From Prevotella sp. (GTDB lineage Bacteria; Bacteroidota; Bacteroidia; Bacteroidales; Bacteroidaceae), in NCBI GenBank assembly GCA_041855505.1, contig JBHAEI010000011.1:15452-79451 (forward strand): 64,000 nt of DNA, written 5' to 3'. The translations under genes were made by a program, and so were the position numbers. Positions 38,806 to 49,035 of this stretch are shown piece after piece. The notes beneath the pieces were generated by a model. That model ran no database searches and was not told the origin of the DNA. It was given only the letters and a program-made list of their open reading frames with translations. Within the stretch, counting starts at the first letter, position 1; every line of letters starts with the position of its first letter.

Positions 38806-39747
38806 CTATGAATTATTATATTTTATATTTAATGTATATAAGGATGCTTCTGCGTTCCTTATCAGGTTTCTTTTGCTTCTTTCGGGTGCAAAGATAAACG
38901 CTTCGGCAATAAGAACCTTTTTCTCTTTGCTGTGATGAGCAGGAATATAAGCAACAAAAGGGCCGGCCATGGCATCTCCTTTCATTTTCCATAATCCCCG
39001 TATCGTTGTTGAGCCGGTTTTACTATTGGTATGGGATAGAATGGTATCTGTTGTCATATACATGCCAGCATGCTCTCCGGAAATATTTTTTCTGAAAACG
39101 CTATCTCTTTCTGATAGAAAGTCGTTTGGATTGGCTCTGTATAAGCAGATGTTTATCATCCCTTCCGGTGTGTTGTTCGAAAGCCATACAAAGTCTCTTC
39201 CCTCTTTATTGAATGTTAAATCCCTTGGTATCAACATACGTCTATGAAAGACTTTTTGGATCAGTTGCTCGGCTTTGGGATTATGTTCCTTTATCAACCG
39301 CTTCTGTTCTCTGATTATTTCAAACTTGACAACGAGATGTTGAATGCTTGGCAGCTGACGAATCAAACCATCCTTGTTGGCAACTGCTATGTTGATGATA
39401 TAAGGTTTTGTTGTATCTTTCGTATCAGAGGCAGACATTGTTACACCACCATTTTTTCTGATAGTCTCATCATGTTTTACCTTTATAATTGTTCTATACA
39501 TGGACAGGTCAGTGGGAGCAGTCTTATTTTTAACGACATCTACTAAAGGCTCTTGCTGCGGTAGTCCGGGAGTGGGCTTATTTAGGGCTTTATAAACAAT
39601 GTTATTGATGTCGCCTATCAGCAAAACTTGATAAGGTTTTCCCTTTGGTTTATTTTTCTTTCCTAAAAGATTGCAGCCAGACAAAGCCCATACTCCTGCT
39701 ATTAACAGGAGCATAGAAAGTACTTTATGATAGCCGGTAATTCTCAT
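38806..39747 (-). CDS. DUF4837-like lipoprotein
   Basis: Lipobox LSGC; PGLPQQEP, RGLWKM...AGPFV and EAFIFAPERSKRN motifs; lies between rlmN and pdxA. Confidence 0.75.
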   Translation of the reverse strand: MRITGYHKVLSMLLLIAGVWALSGCNLLGKKNKPKGKPYQVLLIGDINNIVYKALNKPTPGLPQQEPLVDVVKNKTAPTDLSMYRTIIKVKHDETIRKNGGVTMSASDTKDTTKPYIINIAVANKDGLIRQLPSIQHLVVKFEIIREQKRLIKEHNPKAEQLIQKVFHRRMLIPRDLTFNKEGRDFVWLSNNTPEGMINICLYRANPNDFLSERDSVFRKNISGEHAGMYMTTDTILSHTNSKTGSTTIRGLWKMKGDAMAGPFVAYIPAHHSKEKKVLIAEAFIFAPERSKRNLIRNAEASLYTLNIKYNNS

Positions 39748-39783
39748 TGTTGGGGAAAAGTCAATTGAAAAAGAAAAATATTT

Positions 39784-40818
39784 TTATAAATTATCAGCTT
39801 TTCTTGCTGTTGATAAGAGTCCACAAGCGGCAAATATATCCTGCCCACGACTGGCTCTGATGGTCGTAAAGACACCATGTTCGGTAAGATAATTGCGGAA
39901 AGTTTCCATTTTATGCTCATCAGCCCCCTTCAAAGGGACGTTAGGGATAGGATGAAAACGGATCAAATTAATACGGCACTCCAATCCTTTTACAAGGTCG
40001 ATAATAGCTTTAGCATGCTCTATACTATCGTTCAACCCTCCAAAAACAATATACTCGAAAGATAATCTGCGCTGATGTGTAAAATCGTAGTTACGTAAAA
40101 GCTCTACTACCTGTTCTATTCTCATGCCACGTTCGGCAGGCATCAGTTCCTGTCTTTGCACATGTAGGGGGGAATGCATGGAAATAGCTACATGGCAGTT
40201 GCTTTCTTCCAAGAAACGTTTTAGCTTAGACTTTACGCCAACACTGCTGACTGTTATGCGCTTGGGCGACCATGCATACCCATAGTCGGCTGTCAATATC
40301 TCTGTAGAACGGAGTACATTGTCGAGATTATCCATAGGCTCTCCTTGCCCCATGAATACAATATTTGTCAGCTTATCACGTTCCGGCAGGGCATAGATCT
40401 GATTCAGAATATCGGTGGCAGATAGGTTTCCTTCGAAACCCTGCTTGCCTGTCTGACAAAAAAGGCAGTTCATCTTACAACCTACCTGCGATGATACACA
40501 CAATGTAGCCCTGTCTTCGTCCGGGATATAGACCGTTTCCACGAATTTGCCATTATCGGTTGGAAACAGGTATTTTATCGTTCCGTCTTTCGAATGCTGC
40601 GCGTCAATCGGTTTCTTGGCTCCAATCTTATATTTTTCCTTTAATTTTTCTCGATTTACTTTCGAGAGATTCGTCATCTCATCTATGCTTTGTACGTGCT
40701 GAGCATAAAGCCATTTAGCCATTTGTCCACCGGCAAAAGAAGGTAGCCCCATCTCGTTTGCCACCTGTTTCAGCTCAAAAAGTGTTTTGCCTAACAAAGA
40801 CTCCTTCTCCATTTCCAT
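39784..40818 (-). CDS. rlmN: 23S rRNA (adenine2503-C2)-methyltransferase RlmN
   Basis: CVSSQVGCKMNCLFC, MGQGEP and AACGLL motifs. ATG at 40818 or 40812 preferred. Confidence 0.95.
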   Translation of the reverse strand: MEMEKESLLGKTLFELKQVANEMGLPSFAGGQMAKWLYAQHVQSIDEMTNLSKVNREKLKEKYKIGAKKPIDAQHSKDGTIKYLFPTDNGKFVETVYIPDEDRATLCVSSQVGCKMNCLFCQTGKQGFEGNLSATDILNQIYALPERDKLTNIVFMGQGEPMDNLDNVLRSTEILTADYGYAWSPKRITVSSVGVKSKLKRFLEESNCHVAISMHSPLHVQRQELMPAERGMRIEQVVELLRNYDFTHQRRLSFEYIVFGGLNDSIEHAKAIIDLVKGLECRINLIRFHPIPNVPLKGADEHKMETFRNYLTEHGVFTTIRASRGQDIFAACGLLSTARKADNL

Positions 40819-40947
40819 ATTTCTTGCTTTTGTATAGTGTGCAAAGGTACGAAAAAGGAAGGGATCTATCATGCTTTTTCCCTATTTTATATACAATAAT
40901 GTATATGAATGTGGTATTCGTGTATCGTTTAATAGGTAGGCTAAAAA

Positions 40948-41394
40948 CTATAAAAGAACTTTCCCGATGAGTTTTCTTTGTTTTCCATTGCCGATAATGG
41001 GCGCATGTGCATCTTCAGGAAAGAATATGGCAAATTGTCCGAGGCGAACAGTAAAATAGCTTTCTGCAGGGCAGGTGTAAAGTCCATAGTCCTTGGTTTC
41101 ATCGTATTCTATATCCGCTTTTCCCAAGTTATTCAGATCGGCCCATCCCATTTCCTCCGATTGAAGAAGGGGAACTTGAATGTCGATATATTTACGATGA
41201 AACTCAAGTTTCTGCTGGCTTCGGGGAATCAGGTCAGGCTCATCGACATTGATGAACAACCTCTTGCCTTCCAGCTCTATTCTTTTAGACATAATATTGC
41301 TGAAATCCGTCTGTTTAATGTATTCCAATACTTTCTGAATGCCGGGATGAATAGAGTAATATCGATGGCAATTTTTCAAATCAGCTACTATCAT
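40948..41394 (-). CDS. YhcH/YjgK/YiaL family protein
   Basis: EFHRKYIDIQ and FFPEDAHAP motifs. Confidence 0.9.
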   Translation of the reverse strand: MIVADLKNCHRYYSIHPGIQKVLEYIKQTDFSNIMSKRIELEGKRLFINVDEPDLIPRSQQKLEFHRKYIDIQVPLLQSEEMGWADLNNLGKADIEYDETKDYGLYTCPAESYFTVRLGQFAIFFPEDAHAPIIGNGKQRKLIGKVLL

Positions 41395-41662
41395 TGTTGT
41401 TGAATATTATGGTTTATAGTGCAAACTTACGAATTTAATATGACATAGAAATTCAAATATCAGATATTTTGTTATATTGGATTTGTGTATTAAAAGGGAT
41501 GATATTTCCGATGAGCTAAATCTATTTGGTAGGTAATTATTCTGCATAATATTTGTAAAATATAATACAAATCGCATAATTCTTTTGATATATAATAATA
41601 AATTGCTTATATATTTGCGTATATTAGTAGATATAGTTATATTTGCCAAAAATTGAAAGCTT

Positions 41663-43924
41663 ATGAGTTTAGATGTTGAATTGTTGAGAAAGTTCTATGC
41701 AGGGTATGAACAGAAGTTGAGTAATGTAAGAAAAGTTTTGCGGCGTCCGCTTACTTATGCCGAAAAAGTACTATACACTCATTTATATGATCCGGCAGCG
41801 ATGAAAGACTATTCCCGTGGTAATAGCTATGTTGATTTTCGCCCGGATCGTGTTGCTATGCAGGATGCTACAGCGCAAATGGCTCTCTTGCAATTCATCA
41901 ATGCCGGAAAAGATCGTGTTGCTGTGCCTACTACGATTCATTGCGATCATCTCATCAAAGCTGATAACGGTGCAAAGGACGACCTTGCCAATGCTGTTAA
42001 AACCAATCATGAAGTATATTCTTTTCTTCGTTCTGTCGCAGCAAAGTTCCATATAGGTTTCTGGGGACCGGGTTCAGGTATTATCCATCAGGTTGTTTTG
42101 GAGAACTATGCTTTCCCCGGAGGTATGTTGATTGGGACAGATTCGCATACTCCCAATGCCGGCGGATTGGGTATGATAGGTATTGGAGTAGGGGGAGCCG
42201 ATGCTGTAGATGTGCTGACCAATCAACCTTGGGAACTTAAAATGCCCCATATTATAGGTGTACATCTCACAGGAAAGCTATCGGGCTGGGCAGCTCCTAA
42301 AGATGTTATATTAAAAATTCTGGGGTTGCTTACAGTGAAAGGTGGTACGAATGCTATTTTGGAGTATTTCGGAGAAGGCGTAAAAAGCATATCGGTTACG
42401 GGTAGAGCTACTATTTGCAATATGGGAGCAGAGCTGGGAGCTACCTGCTCCTTATTCCCATACGACGATGTTACCGATGAATATTTGCGCAAGACCAATC
42501 GGGACGATGTGGCCGATATGGCACAAAAAGTAGCCAAGGAACTGGCAGCCGACGAGGAAATCACTTTGCAGTATGCACAATATTATGATCAGATAATAGA
42601 GGTGGACCTTTCAGACTTAGAGCCTTATTTGAATGGCCCGTTTACTCCCGATGCTGCAACACCGGTAAAAAGAATGAAGGAAGTCGCAGCAAAAGAGGGC
42701 TTCCCCTTGGATATGGAAGTTGGCTTGATAGGAAGTTGTACCAATTCATCTTATGAAGATATCGCCCGTGCTGCCTCAATAGCTCGACAAGTGAAGGATA
42801 AAAAGTTGGAGGTGAAAGCCCAACTGATTATTAACCCGGGCTCAGAACAGATAAGATACACAGCAGCAAGAGATGGGTTACTTGGCGATTTAGAGGCCAT
42901 AGGTGGGGTTGTGATGACCAATGCGTGTGGCCCTTGTATAGGTCAGTGGCATAGACATACAGATGATAATGAACGAAGGAATTCTATCGTTACGTCATTT
43001 AACCGTAATTTCCGGCGTCGTGCCGATGGAAATCCAAATACGTACGCTTTCATCGGGTCGCCGGAACTAACTGTAGCACTGACTATAGCAGGGCAATTAG
43101 ACTTTAACCCTGTAACGGATTATCTTACTAATAAAGATGGTGAGCAGGTGAAACTGGACGAGCCTACGGGAAACATCTATCCGCCTAAAGGATTTGCCGT
43201 AGAAGATAAACGGTTTATAGCACCGACCACATCGGCTAAAAACGAGCCGATAGCAATTGATCCCAAGTCGGAGAGATTGCAGCTTTTACAACCGTTCGAG
43301 GCATGGGATGGCAATGATTTCAAGGAACTTCCATTACTGATTAAAGTAAAAGGAAAATGTACAACAGACCATATCTCGATGGCTGGTCCGTGGCTTCGCT
43401 ACAGAGGGCATCTTGAGAATATATCGAATAACTTGTTGATGGGGGCTGTAAATGCCTTCAATGGTGAGGCTAATAAGGTAAAGAGTCTGTTGTCGGGTAC
43501 TTATGCAGAGGTTTCTACTGTAGCAAAAGAATATAAAAACGCCCATATAGGCTCGGTGGTTATAGCAGAAGATAACTACGGAGAAGGCTCCAGCCGAGAG
43601 CATGCTGCGATGGAACCGCGCTTTTTGAATGTGAAAGCTATTATTGTTAAGAGCTTTGCAAGAATTCATGAAACAAATCTAAAGAAGCAGGGAGTACTGG
43701 CTTTGACCTTTAAAAATAAGGATGACTACGACAAAGTGCAGGAGAACGACAAAGTTTCCATTAATGGATTAAATGCTTTTGCTCCGGGTAAAACGTTGTC
43801 GGTAGCCTTGCAGCATATCGATGGAAGCGTGGAAAATATTGAGGTAGAGCATAGTTATAATGATATACAAATCGAGTGGTTTAAGGCAGGATCGGCGTTG
43901 AACTATAATAAGAGAAAGGGTTAG
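41663..43924 (+). CDS. acnA: Aconitate hydratase (mitochondrial-type)
   Basis: [33 protein letters not shown] and TTDHIS motifs. Confidence 0.95.
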   Translation: MSLDVELLRKFYAGYEQKLSNVRKVLRRPLTYAEKVLYTHLYDPAAMKDYSRGNSYVDFRPDRVAMQDATAQMALLQFINAGKDRVAVPTTIHCDHLIKADNGAKDDLANAVKTNHEVYSFLRSVAAKFHIGFWGPGSGIIHQVVLENYAFPGGMLIGTDSHTPNAGGLGMIGIGVGGADAVDVLTNQPWELKMPHIIGVHLTGKLSGWAAPKDVILKILGLLTVKGGTNAILEYFGEGVKSISVTGRATICNMGAELGATCSLFPYDDVTDEYLRKTNRDDVADMAQKVAKELAADEEITLQYAQYYDQIIEVDLSDLEPYLNGPFTPDAATPVKRMKEVAAKEGFPLDMEVGLIGSCTNSSYEDIARAASIARQVKDKKLEVKAQLIINPGSEQIRYTAARDGLLGDLEAIGGVVMTNACGPCIGQWHRHTDDNERRNSIVTSFNRNFRRRADGNPNTYAFIGSPELTVALTIAGQLDFNPVTDYLTNKDGEQVKLDEPTGNIYPPKGFAVEDKRFIAPTTSAKNEPIAIDPKSERLQLLQPFEAWDGNDFKELPLLIKVKGKCTTDHISMAGPWLRYRGHLENISNNLLMGAVNAFNGEANKVKSLLSGTYAEVSTVAKEYKNAHIGSVVIAEDNYGEGSSREHAAMEPRFLNVKAIIVKSFARIHETNLKKQGVLALTFKNKDDYDKVQENDKVSINGLNAFAPGKTLSVALQHIDGSVENIEVEHSYNDIQIEWFKAGSALNYNKRKG

Positions 43925-43926
43925 AC

Positions 43927-45273
43927 ATGAAGAAAGAGTATTTAATTTACAAGCTAAGTGATGAAGTAAAGGTATCGTCGAAAATTCCAATGGAAGCCTT
44001 TTCTGAATATGGTGTAAAGCGAGGACTGCGCAATGAGGATGGTTCCGGTGTTTTGGTGGGTTTAACCAATATCGGTAATGTTGTAGGTTATGAGCGTGAT
44101 AAGGAAGGGAAAACTCATCCCATACCGGGAAAACTCTTTTACCGTGGGTATGAACTGAACGATATAGTATCGCCTTTATTAGCCGAGAAACGCTTTGGTT
44201 TTGAGGAAGTAGCTTTCTTAATTCTATCGGGACAACTGCCCGACAAGGAGGAATTGGCCTCGTTTCGTGAGCTGATTAATGATAACATGCCGTTAGACCA
44301 CCGTACCATTGTTCACATTATCGACTTAGAAGGCTCGAATATCATGAATATTTTAGCTCGCTGTGTGCTCGAAATGTACACGTTCGACCCTAATCCTGAT
44401 GATATTTCCCGCGATAACTTAATGCGACAGAGTATTGGGTTGATTGCAAAAATTCCAACGATTGTGGCTTATGCCTATAATATTTATCGCCATTCCGTAC
44501 AGGGCAGAAGTCTGAATATCAGGCATCCAAAGGAGAAACTTAGCATAGCCGAGAACTTTCTATATATGCTTAAGGCAGATAACTATACAGAACTGGATGC
44601 CAGAATGTTAGACCTTTTGTTGATTATACAGGCTGAGCATGGAGGTGGTAATAACTCTACCTTTACTGTACGTGTAACCTCCTCTACCCGTACAGATACT
44701 TATAGCTCGATTGCTGCTGGCATAGGGTCGCTGAAAGGGCCTTTGCATGGAGGGGCTAATATAAAGGTAATTAATATGTTTCATCACCTTAAAGGGCAGA
44801 TACAAGACTGGACAAGCAAATCGGAGATTGATACCTATTTAACAAGGATGCTGAAGAAGGAGGCATACGATAAATCCGGACTTATTTACGGTTTGGGGCA
44901 TGCCGTTTATACCATGTCCGACCCAAGAGCTGTACAATTGAAGAAACTCGCCCGTGATTTGGCTAAGGAGAAAGGAAGGGAAGACGAGTATAACTTCCTG
45001 CAAATGATAGAGGAAGAGGGTATAAAGTGTATAAAAGCCGTTAAGGGAGATGGTAAAGTGATATGTGCCAACCTTGATTTCTATACAGGTTTCATCTATG
45101 AAATGATAGGACTGCCACAGGAAATATTTACTCCTATCTTTGCCATGGCGAGAATAGTAGGGTGGACGGCTCATCGAATAGAAGAGCTGAATTTTGAGGG
45201 GCACCGGATTATTCGCCCGGCTTATAAGAATATGTTGGAACAGAAAGGTTATATATCAATTAATAAGAGATAA
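43927..45273 (+). CDS. gltA: Citrate synthase
   Basis: LFYRGY, AEHGGGNNST, LHGGAN, GLGHAVY and NLDFY motifs. Confidence 0.93.
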   Translation: MKKEYLIYKLSDEVKVSSKIPMEAFSEYGVKRGLRNEDGSGVLVGLTNIGNVVGYERDKEGKTHPIPGKLFYRGYELNDIVSPLLAEKRFGFEEVAFLILSGQLPDKEELASFRELINDNMPLDHRTIVHIIDLEGSNIMNILARCVLEMYTFDPNPDDISRDNLMRQSIGLIAKIPTIVAYAYNIYRHSVQGRSLNIRHPKEKLSIAENFLYMLKADNYTELDARMLDLLLIIQAEHGGGNNSTFTVRVTSSTRTDTYSSIAAGIGSLKGPLHGGANIKVINMFHHLKGQIQDWTSKSEIDTYLTRMLKKEAYDKSGLIYGLGHAVYTMSDPRAVQLKKLARDLAKEKGREDEYNFLQMIEEEGIKCIKAVKGDGKVICANLDFYTGFIYEMIGLPQEIFTPIFAMARIVGWTAHRIEELNFEGHRIIRPAYKNMLEQKGYISINKR

Positions 45274-45363
45274 TTAATGTTATTTTGTTGAAGTGATACT
45301 TTATTTAGGATTGGGGTTGATATGGGCTTATAAAGTTATTCCTTTATCACCCCTTGGTACATA

Positions 45364-45400
45364 AACAAGCGCATTATGGTAAAAGCATAATGCGCTTGTT
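45364..45400. terminator. Perfect 15-bp hairpin between convergent genes
   Basis: AACAAGCGCATTATG-GTAAAAG-CATAATGCGCTTGTT. Confidence 0.6.
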
Positions 45401-45571
45401 CAATATCCATAGTCCGAAAAAAACCTTAGGAAAATAAGGGAATACATCTCCTTTTATAAGATATAACGCCCCTTGATTATATTTAATTTGGCATAAACTT
45501 TATAGTATTCTGTGGCAGAATACCGCAGTATTAGTTGTAGAATATAGGCCTGTCGGCCTATATCTATAGTG

Positions 45572-45967
45572 TTATTGGTAATCTTTAGAAGTAAAAGTCT
45601 CGTCTAATAGCACAAGCGTAGGCTTACTATGGGAATGGTAGGTATATTGAAAATTAAAGCTTGCCTCTTTGTAAAGCTTACTGCTTGTCTCAGCCTTTAA
45701 AGCAGTAAGCAGTATGTTTCGCAATTGCTTTTGTTGAGTTTTGATTGCCTGTTCATTATCGGCCTGTCCGGAAAGGGTGTAATAATAATGAAAGGTATTT
45801 GAGTTTGCCTCAAATATCAGACTATCCGTCCTTGTGTTATTTACAAAAGGAGTAGGGCATTTTGTTTCCGTATATTCCCGACATGCTTTGGCTGCCTTCT
45901 CCTGAAGCGACTCTTGGCAAGACGCTACCAAGACTGTTAAACCTAATAATGCTATTATCTTTTTCAT
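45572..45967 (-). CDS. Hypothetical lipoprotein
   Basis: MKKIIALLGLTVLVASC lipobox. ATG at 45967 lies just downstream of a TAACTTTG box. Confidence 0.8.
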   Translation of the reverse strand: MKKIIALLGLTVLVASCQESLQEKAAKACREYTETKCPTPFVNNTRTDSLIFEANSNTFHYYYTLSGQADNEQAIKTQQKQLRNILLTALKAETSSKLYKEASFNFQYTYHSHSKPTLVLLDETFTSKDYQ

Positions 45968-46074
45968 ATACTTTTTATGCAAAGTTAGATGTTTTATTGT
46001 AAAAAAACAATACCATCATAAGATTTTCCATTTTTTCTTCTTATTTTTGCATGGAATAAAATGATAGAAAATTT

Positions 46075-47859
46075 TTGATGGAACATATAAGAAATTTCTG
46101 TATTATAGCGCATATTGACCACGGAAAGTCCACTTTGGCCGACCGTTTGCTTGAACATACTCAAACGATTCAGATTACCGAAGGCCAGATGCTCGATGAC
46201 ATGGACTTGGAAAAGGAGCGTGGCATTACCATTAAGAGCCATGCTATACAGATGGAGTATGAAAAAGATAATCAGAAATATGTTCTAAATTTGATAGATA
46301 CTCCGGGACATGTCGATTTTTCTTACGAGGTATCTCGAAGCATTGCAGCATGCGAAGGGGCTTTGCTGATAGTAGATGCCACGCAAGGGGTGCAGGCGCA
46401 AACTATCTCGAACTTGTATATGGCCATTGATCATAACTTGGAGATTATTCCCATTATCAACAAGATTGATATGCCCAATGCCATGCCAGAAGAGGTGGAG
46501 GATGGAATTGTCGATTTGATAGGATGCGATCCGGAAGATATTATCCGTGCCAGCGGTAAGACGGGCGAGGGAGTTGATAAGATTTTAGATGCTATCATTG
46601 ATAAGATACCTGCACCTAAGGGAGATACAGAAGCTCCTTTGCAGGCTTTGATTTTTGACTCTATCTTCAACTCGTTTCGTGGGATTATCACTTTATGTAA
46701 AGTAGAAAGCGGCGTGATTCGCAAAGGCGATAAGGTGAAGTTCGTGCAAACAGGTATGGAATATGTGGCCGATGAGGTAGGAGTTTTAAAGATGGATATG
46801 AAGCCGACAAAGGAACTTTCTACGGGAGAAGTAGGCTATATTATCTCCGGAATTAAGAATGCCACAGAGGTAAAGGTAGGCGATACGGTAACTTCGGTAC
46901 TGAATCCATGCGAGAAAGCTATCTCCGGATTTCAGGAAGTAAAGCCAATGGTGTTTGCCGGTGTATATCCTATTGATCCGGCCGACTATGAAAACCTTCG
47001 TGCCTCATTGGAGAAACTACAGTTGAACGATGCCTCTTTAACCTTTTCGCCGGAAAGTTCTACGGCACTTGGGTTTGGTTTTCGATGCGGTTTTCTCGGA
47101 CTTCTTCACATGGAGATTGTGCAGGAACGCTTAGATAGAGAGTTCAACATGGATGTGATTACCACCGTTCCCAATGTAAGCTATAAGGTATTCGATAAGC
47201 AAGGTAATGAAAGGGAAGTACACAACCCTTCCGGCTTACCCGAACAAATCATGATAGAGCATATTGAAGAGCCTTATATAAAGGCTTCTATCATTACAAC
47301 AGCCGACTATATAGGGCCTATCATGACGTTGTGTCTGGATAAACGAGGCGAGCTCGTCAGCCAGAATTATGTAAGCGGAAACAGGTTGGAGCTTATCTTT
47401 ATGATACCTTTAGGAGAAATTGTTATCGACTTTTACGATAAGCTGAAAAGTATTTCGAAGGGATATGCCTCGTTTGATTATCACATAGACTCGTTCCGTC
47501 CATCGAAACTTGCTAAACTCGACATTCTTTTAAATGGAGAGCCTGTTGATGCCTTGTCTGCCTTGACACATGAGAGTAATGCTGTAGCCTTTGGAAGAAG
47601 AATCTGCGAGAAACTAAAGGATTTGATTCCAAGACAGCAGTTCGACATCGCTATTCAAGCTGCCATCGGTGCAAAAATTATTGCAAGAGAAACGGTAAAG
47701 CAGGTACGTAAGGATGTTACCGCCAAGTGTTATGGTGGTGATGTGAGCCGTAAAAGGAAACTTTTGGAGAAACAGAAAAAGGGTAAGAAAAGAATGAAGC
47801 AGGTGGGAAATGTACAAGTCCCACAGAAAGCATTCTTAGCCGTATTGAAATTAGACTAA
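46075..47859 (+). CDS. lepA: Translation elongation factor 4
   Basis: [24 protein letters not shown] and [10 protein letters not shown] motifs. Confidence 0.97.
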   Translation: MMEHIRNFCIIAHIDHGKSTLADRLLEHTQTIQITEGQMLDDMDLEKERGITIKSHAIQMEYEKDNQKYVLNLIDTPGHVDFSYEVSRSIAACEGALLIVDATQGVQAQTISNLYMAIDHNLEIIPIINKIDMPNAMPEEVEDGIVDLIGCDPEDIIRASGKTGEGVDKILDAIIDKIPAPKGDTEAPLQALIFDSIFNSFRGIITLCKVESGVIRKGDKVKFVQTGMEYVADEVGVLKMDMKPTKELSTGEVGYIISGIKNATEVKVGDTVTSVLNPCEKAISGFQEVKPMVFAGVYPIDPADYENLRASLEKLQLNDASLTFSPESSTALGFGFRCGFLGLLHMEIVQERLDREFNMDVITTVPNVSYKVFDKQGNEREVHNPSGLPEQIMIEHIEEPYIKASIITTADYIGPIMTLCLDKRGELVSQNYVSGNRLELIFMIPLGEIVIDFYDKLKSISKGYASFDYHIDSFRPSKLAKLDILLNGEPVDALSALTHESNAVAFGRRICEKLKDLIPRQQFDIAIQAAIGAKIIARETVKQVRKDVTAKCYGGDVSRKRKLLEKQKKGKKRMKQVGNVQVPQKAFLAVLKLD

Positions 47860-47913
47860 CAAAAACAATAATAGAATCTAATTACACCTAATATTAAAAA
47901 AGGAGGTACAATA

Positions 47914-48513
47914 ATGAGTATCGATAATTCAAATGAAACAAGAAATGTTGCCAGAGAATTAGCTCGTAAGTACAGTACTATGACCCACGACGAACTGAAT
48001 GTTCTGGAAAGTATCTTAGAGCCTATGCACTTTTCAAAAGGACAGATGATTCTGAAAGAAGGAGAAGTTTGCAAGCATATTTACTACATCGAACATGGGC
48101 TGATTCGCCAATTCTATTTTAAGAACGAGAAACAGATTACGGAACATTTAGGCGAAGATAGAAGTATCTTCATGTGTATAGAAAGTTTGTTTAAGGAAGA
48201 GCCTACCAGACTGCAGGTGGAGGCTTTGGAGCCTACAACAATCTATGCTATTCCTAAAATTCGGTTGGAACAGGTGGCTATTCACAATGTTAATATTCAG
48301 ATACTCTATCGTAAGATCCTTGAGGAGAGTTTGATTATCTCGCAGGTACATGCCGACCTTGTTCGCTTTGAGACGGCACAAGACCGTTATAAGAAAATGT
48401 GTAAGTTGAACCCACAGGTAATTCTGCGTGCTCCATTGGTTTATATAGCAAGCTACCTGCAGATGACTCCGGAAACATTGAGCCGTGTCAGGTCGAGCAC
48501 TTTATTGGAATAA
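47914..48513 (+). CDS. Crp/Fnr family regulator
   Basis: cNMP-binding domain (ILKEGEVCKHIYYIEHG) and C-terminal HTH (IASYLQMTPETLSRVR). Confidence 0.9.
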   Translation: MSIDNSNETRNVARELARKYSTMTHDELNVLESILEPMHFSKGQMILKEGEVCKHIYYIEHGLIRQFYFKNEKQITEHLGEDRSIFMCIESLFKEEPTRLQVEALEPTTIYAIPKIRLEQVAIHNVNIQILYRKILEESLIISQVHADLVRFETAQDRYKKMCKLNPQVILRAPLVYIASYLQMTPETLSRVRSSTLLE

Positions 48514-48591
48514 GAAGCTGTTGTCCCGATTCGGAAAGGGAAGTTCGGGTCGGGATATTATAACAGATATACTGATTGGAAGTTATTTTTA

Positions 48592-48803
48592 TTTGCTGTC
48601 ATTTTTAATAATTCATATAAACAGCTGATAAATAGAGACTTGTAGATACTGTTTTAACAATGGTATGATAGCACAAGTACAAAAATCAATGGTAGAAGAA
48701 TTATAAGAGACTTGTGGAAATTGCTGTCATACCCTCACGTGTATTTTTGTCATAACCCCATGTTTACCAGCATTTTAAAGGAACTGTTAAAAATGACAGC
48801 AAA
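48592..48803. repeat. 212-bp element bounded by a perfect 17-bp inverted repeat (MITE-like)
   Basis: TTTGCTGTCATTTTTAA at 48592-48608 and its exact reverse complement at 48787-48803; an internal third TTGCTGTCAT at 48721. Confidence 0.65.
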
Positions 48804-48826
48804 AGAAATTAAAATTAAATTCTTTG

Positions 48827-48936
48827 TAATATATATCCTTTTACCAAATAAAATATGTCCTTTTGCCGAATAAAATATGTCCTTTTGCCGAATAAAACAT
48901 GCTCTTTTACTTTGTAAAACATGCTTGTTTATGCAG
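48827..48936. repeat. 22-bp-period array D (5 units)
   Basis: TAATATATATCCTTTTACCAAA / TAAAATATGTCCTTTTGCCGAA x2 (exact) / TAAAACATGCTCTTTTACTTTG / TAAAACATGCTTGTTTATGCAG. Confidence 0.85.
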
Positions 48937-49035
48937 CAATACATGCCGAAAACTTAACCGGTTTTTCTTTATTCCAGTCTCTATTATAAGCAGTATGCTG
49001 TGCAGACGAGATACAGAAATTTGCCTAAAACATGG

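Noticed and set aside
7677-48936. 22-bp arrays as CRISPR arrays
   Set aside because: The variable parts are only 5-6 nt, each array has 4-5 units, the repeats are degenerate and there are no cas genes in the window.
48750-48944. 64-aa minus-strand ORF across array D
   Set aside because: It is a translation of the repeat units with no independent support.
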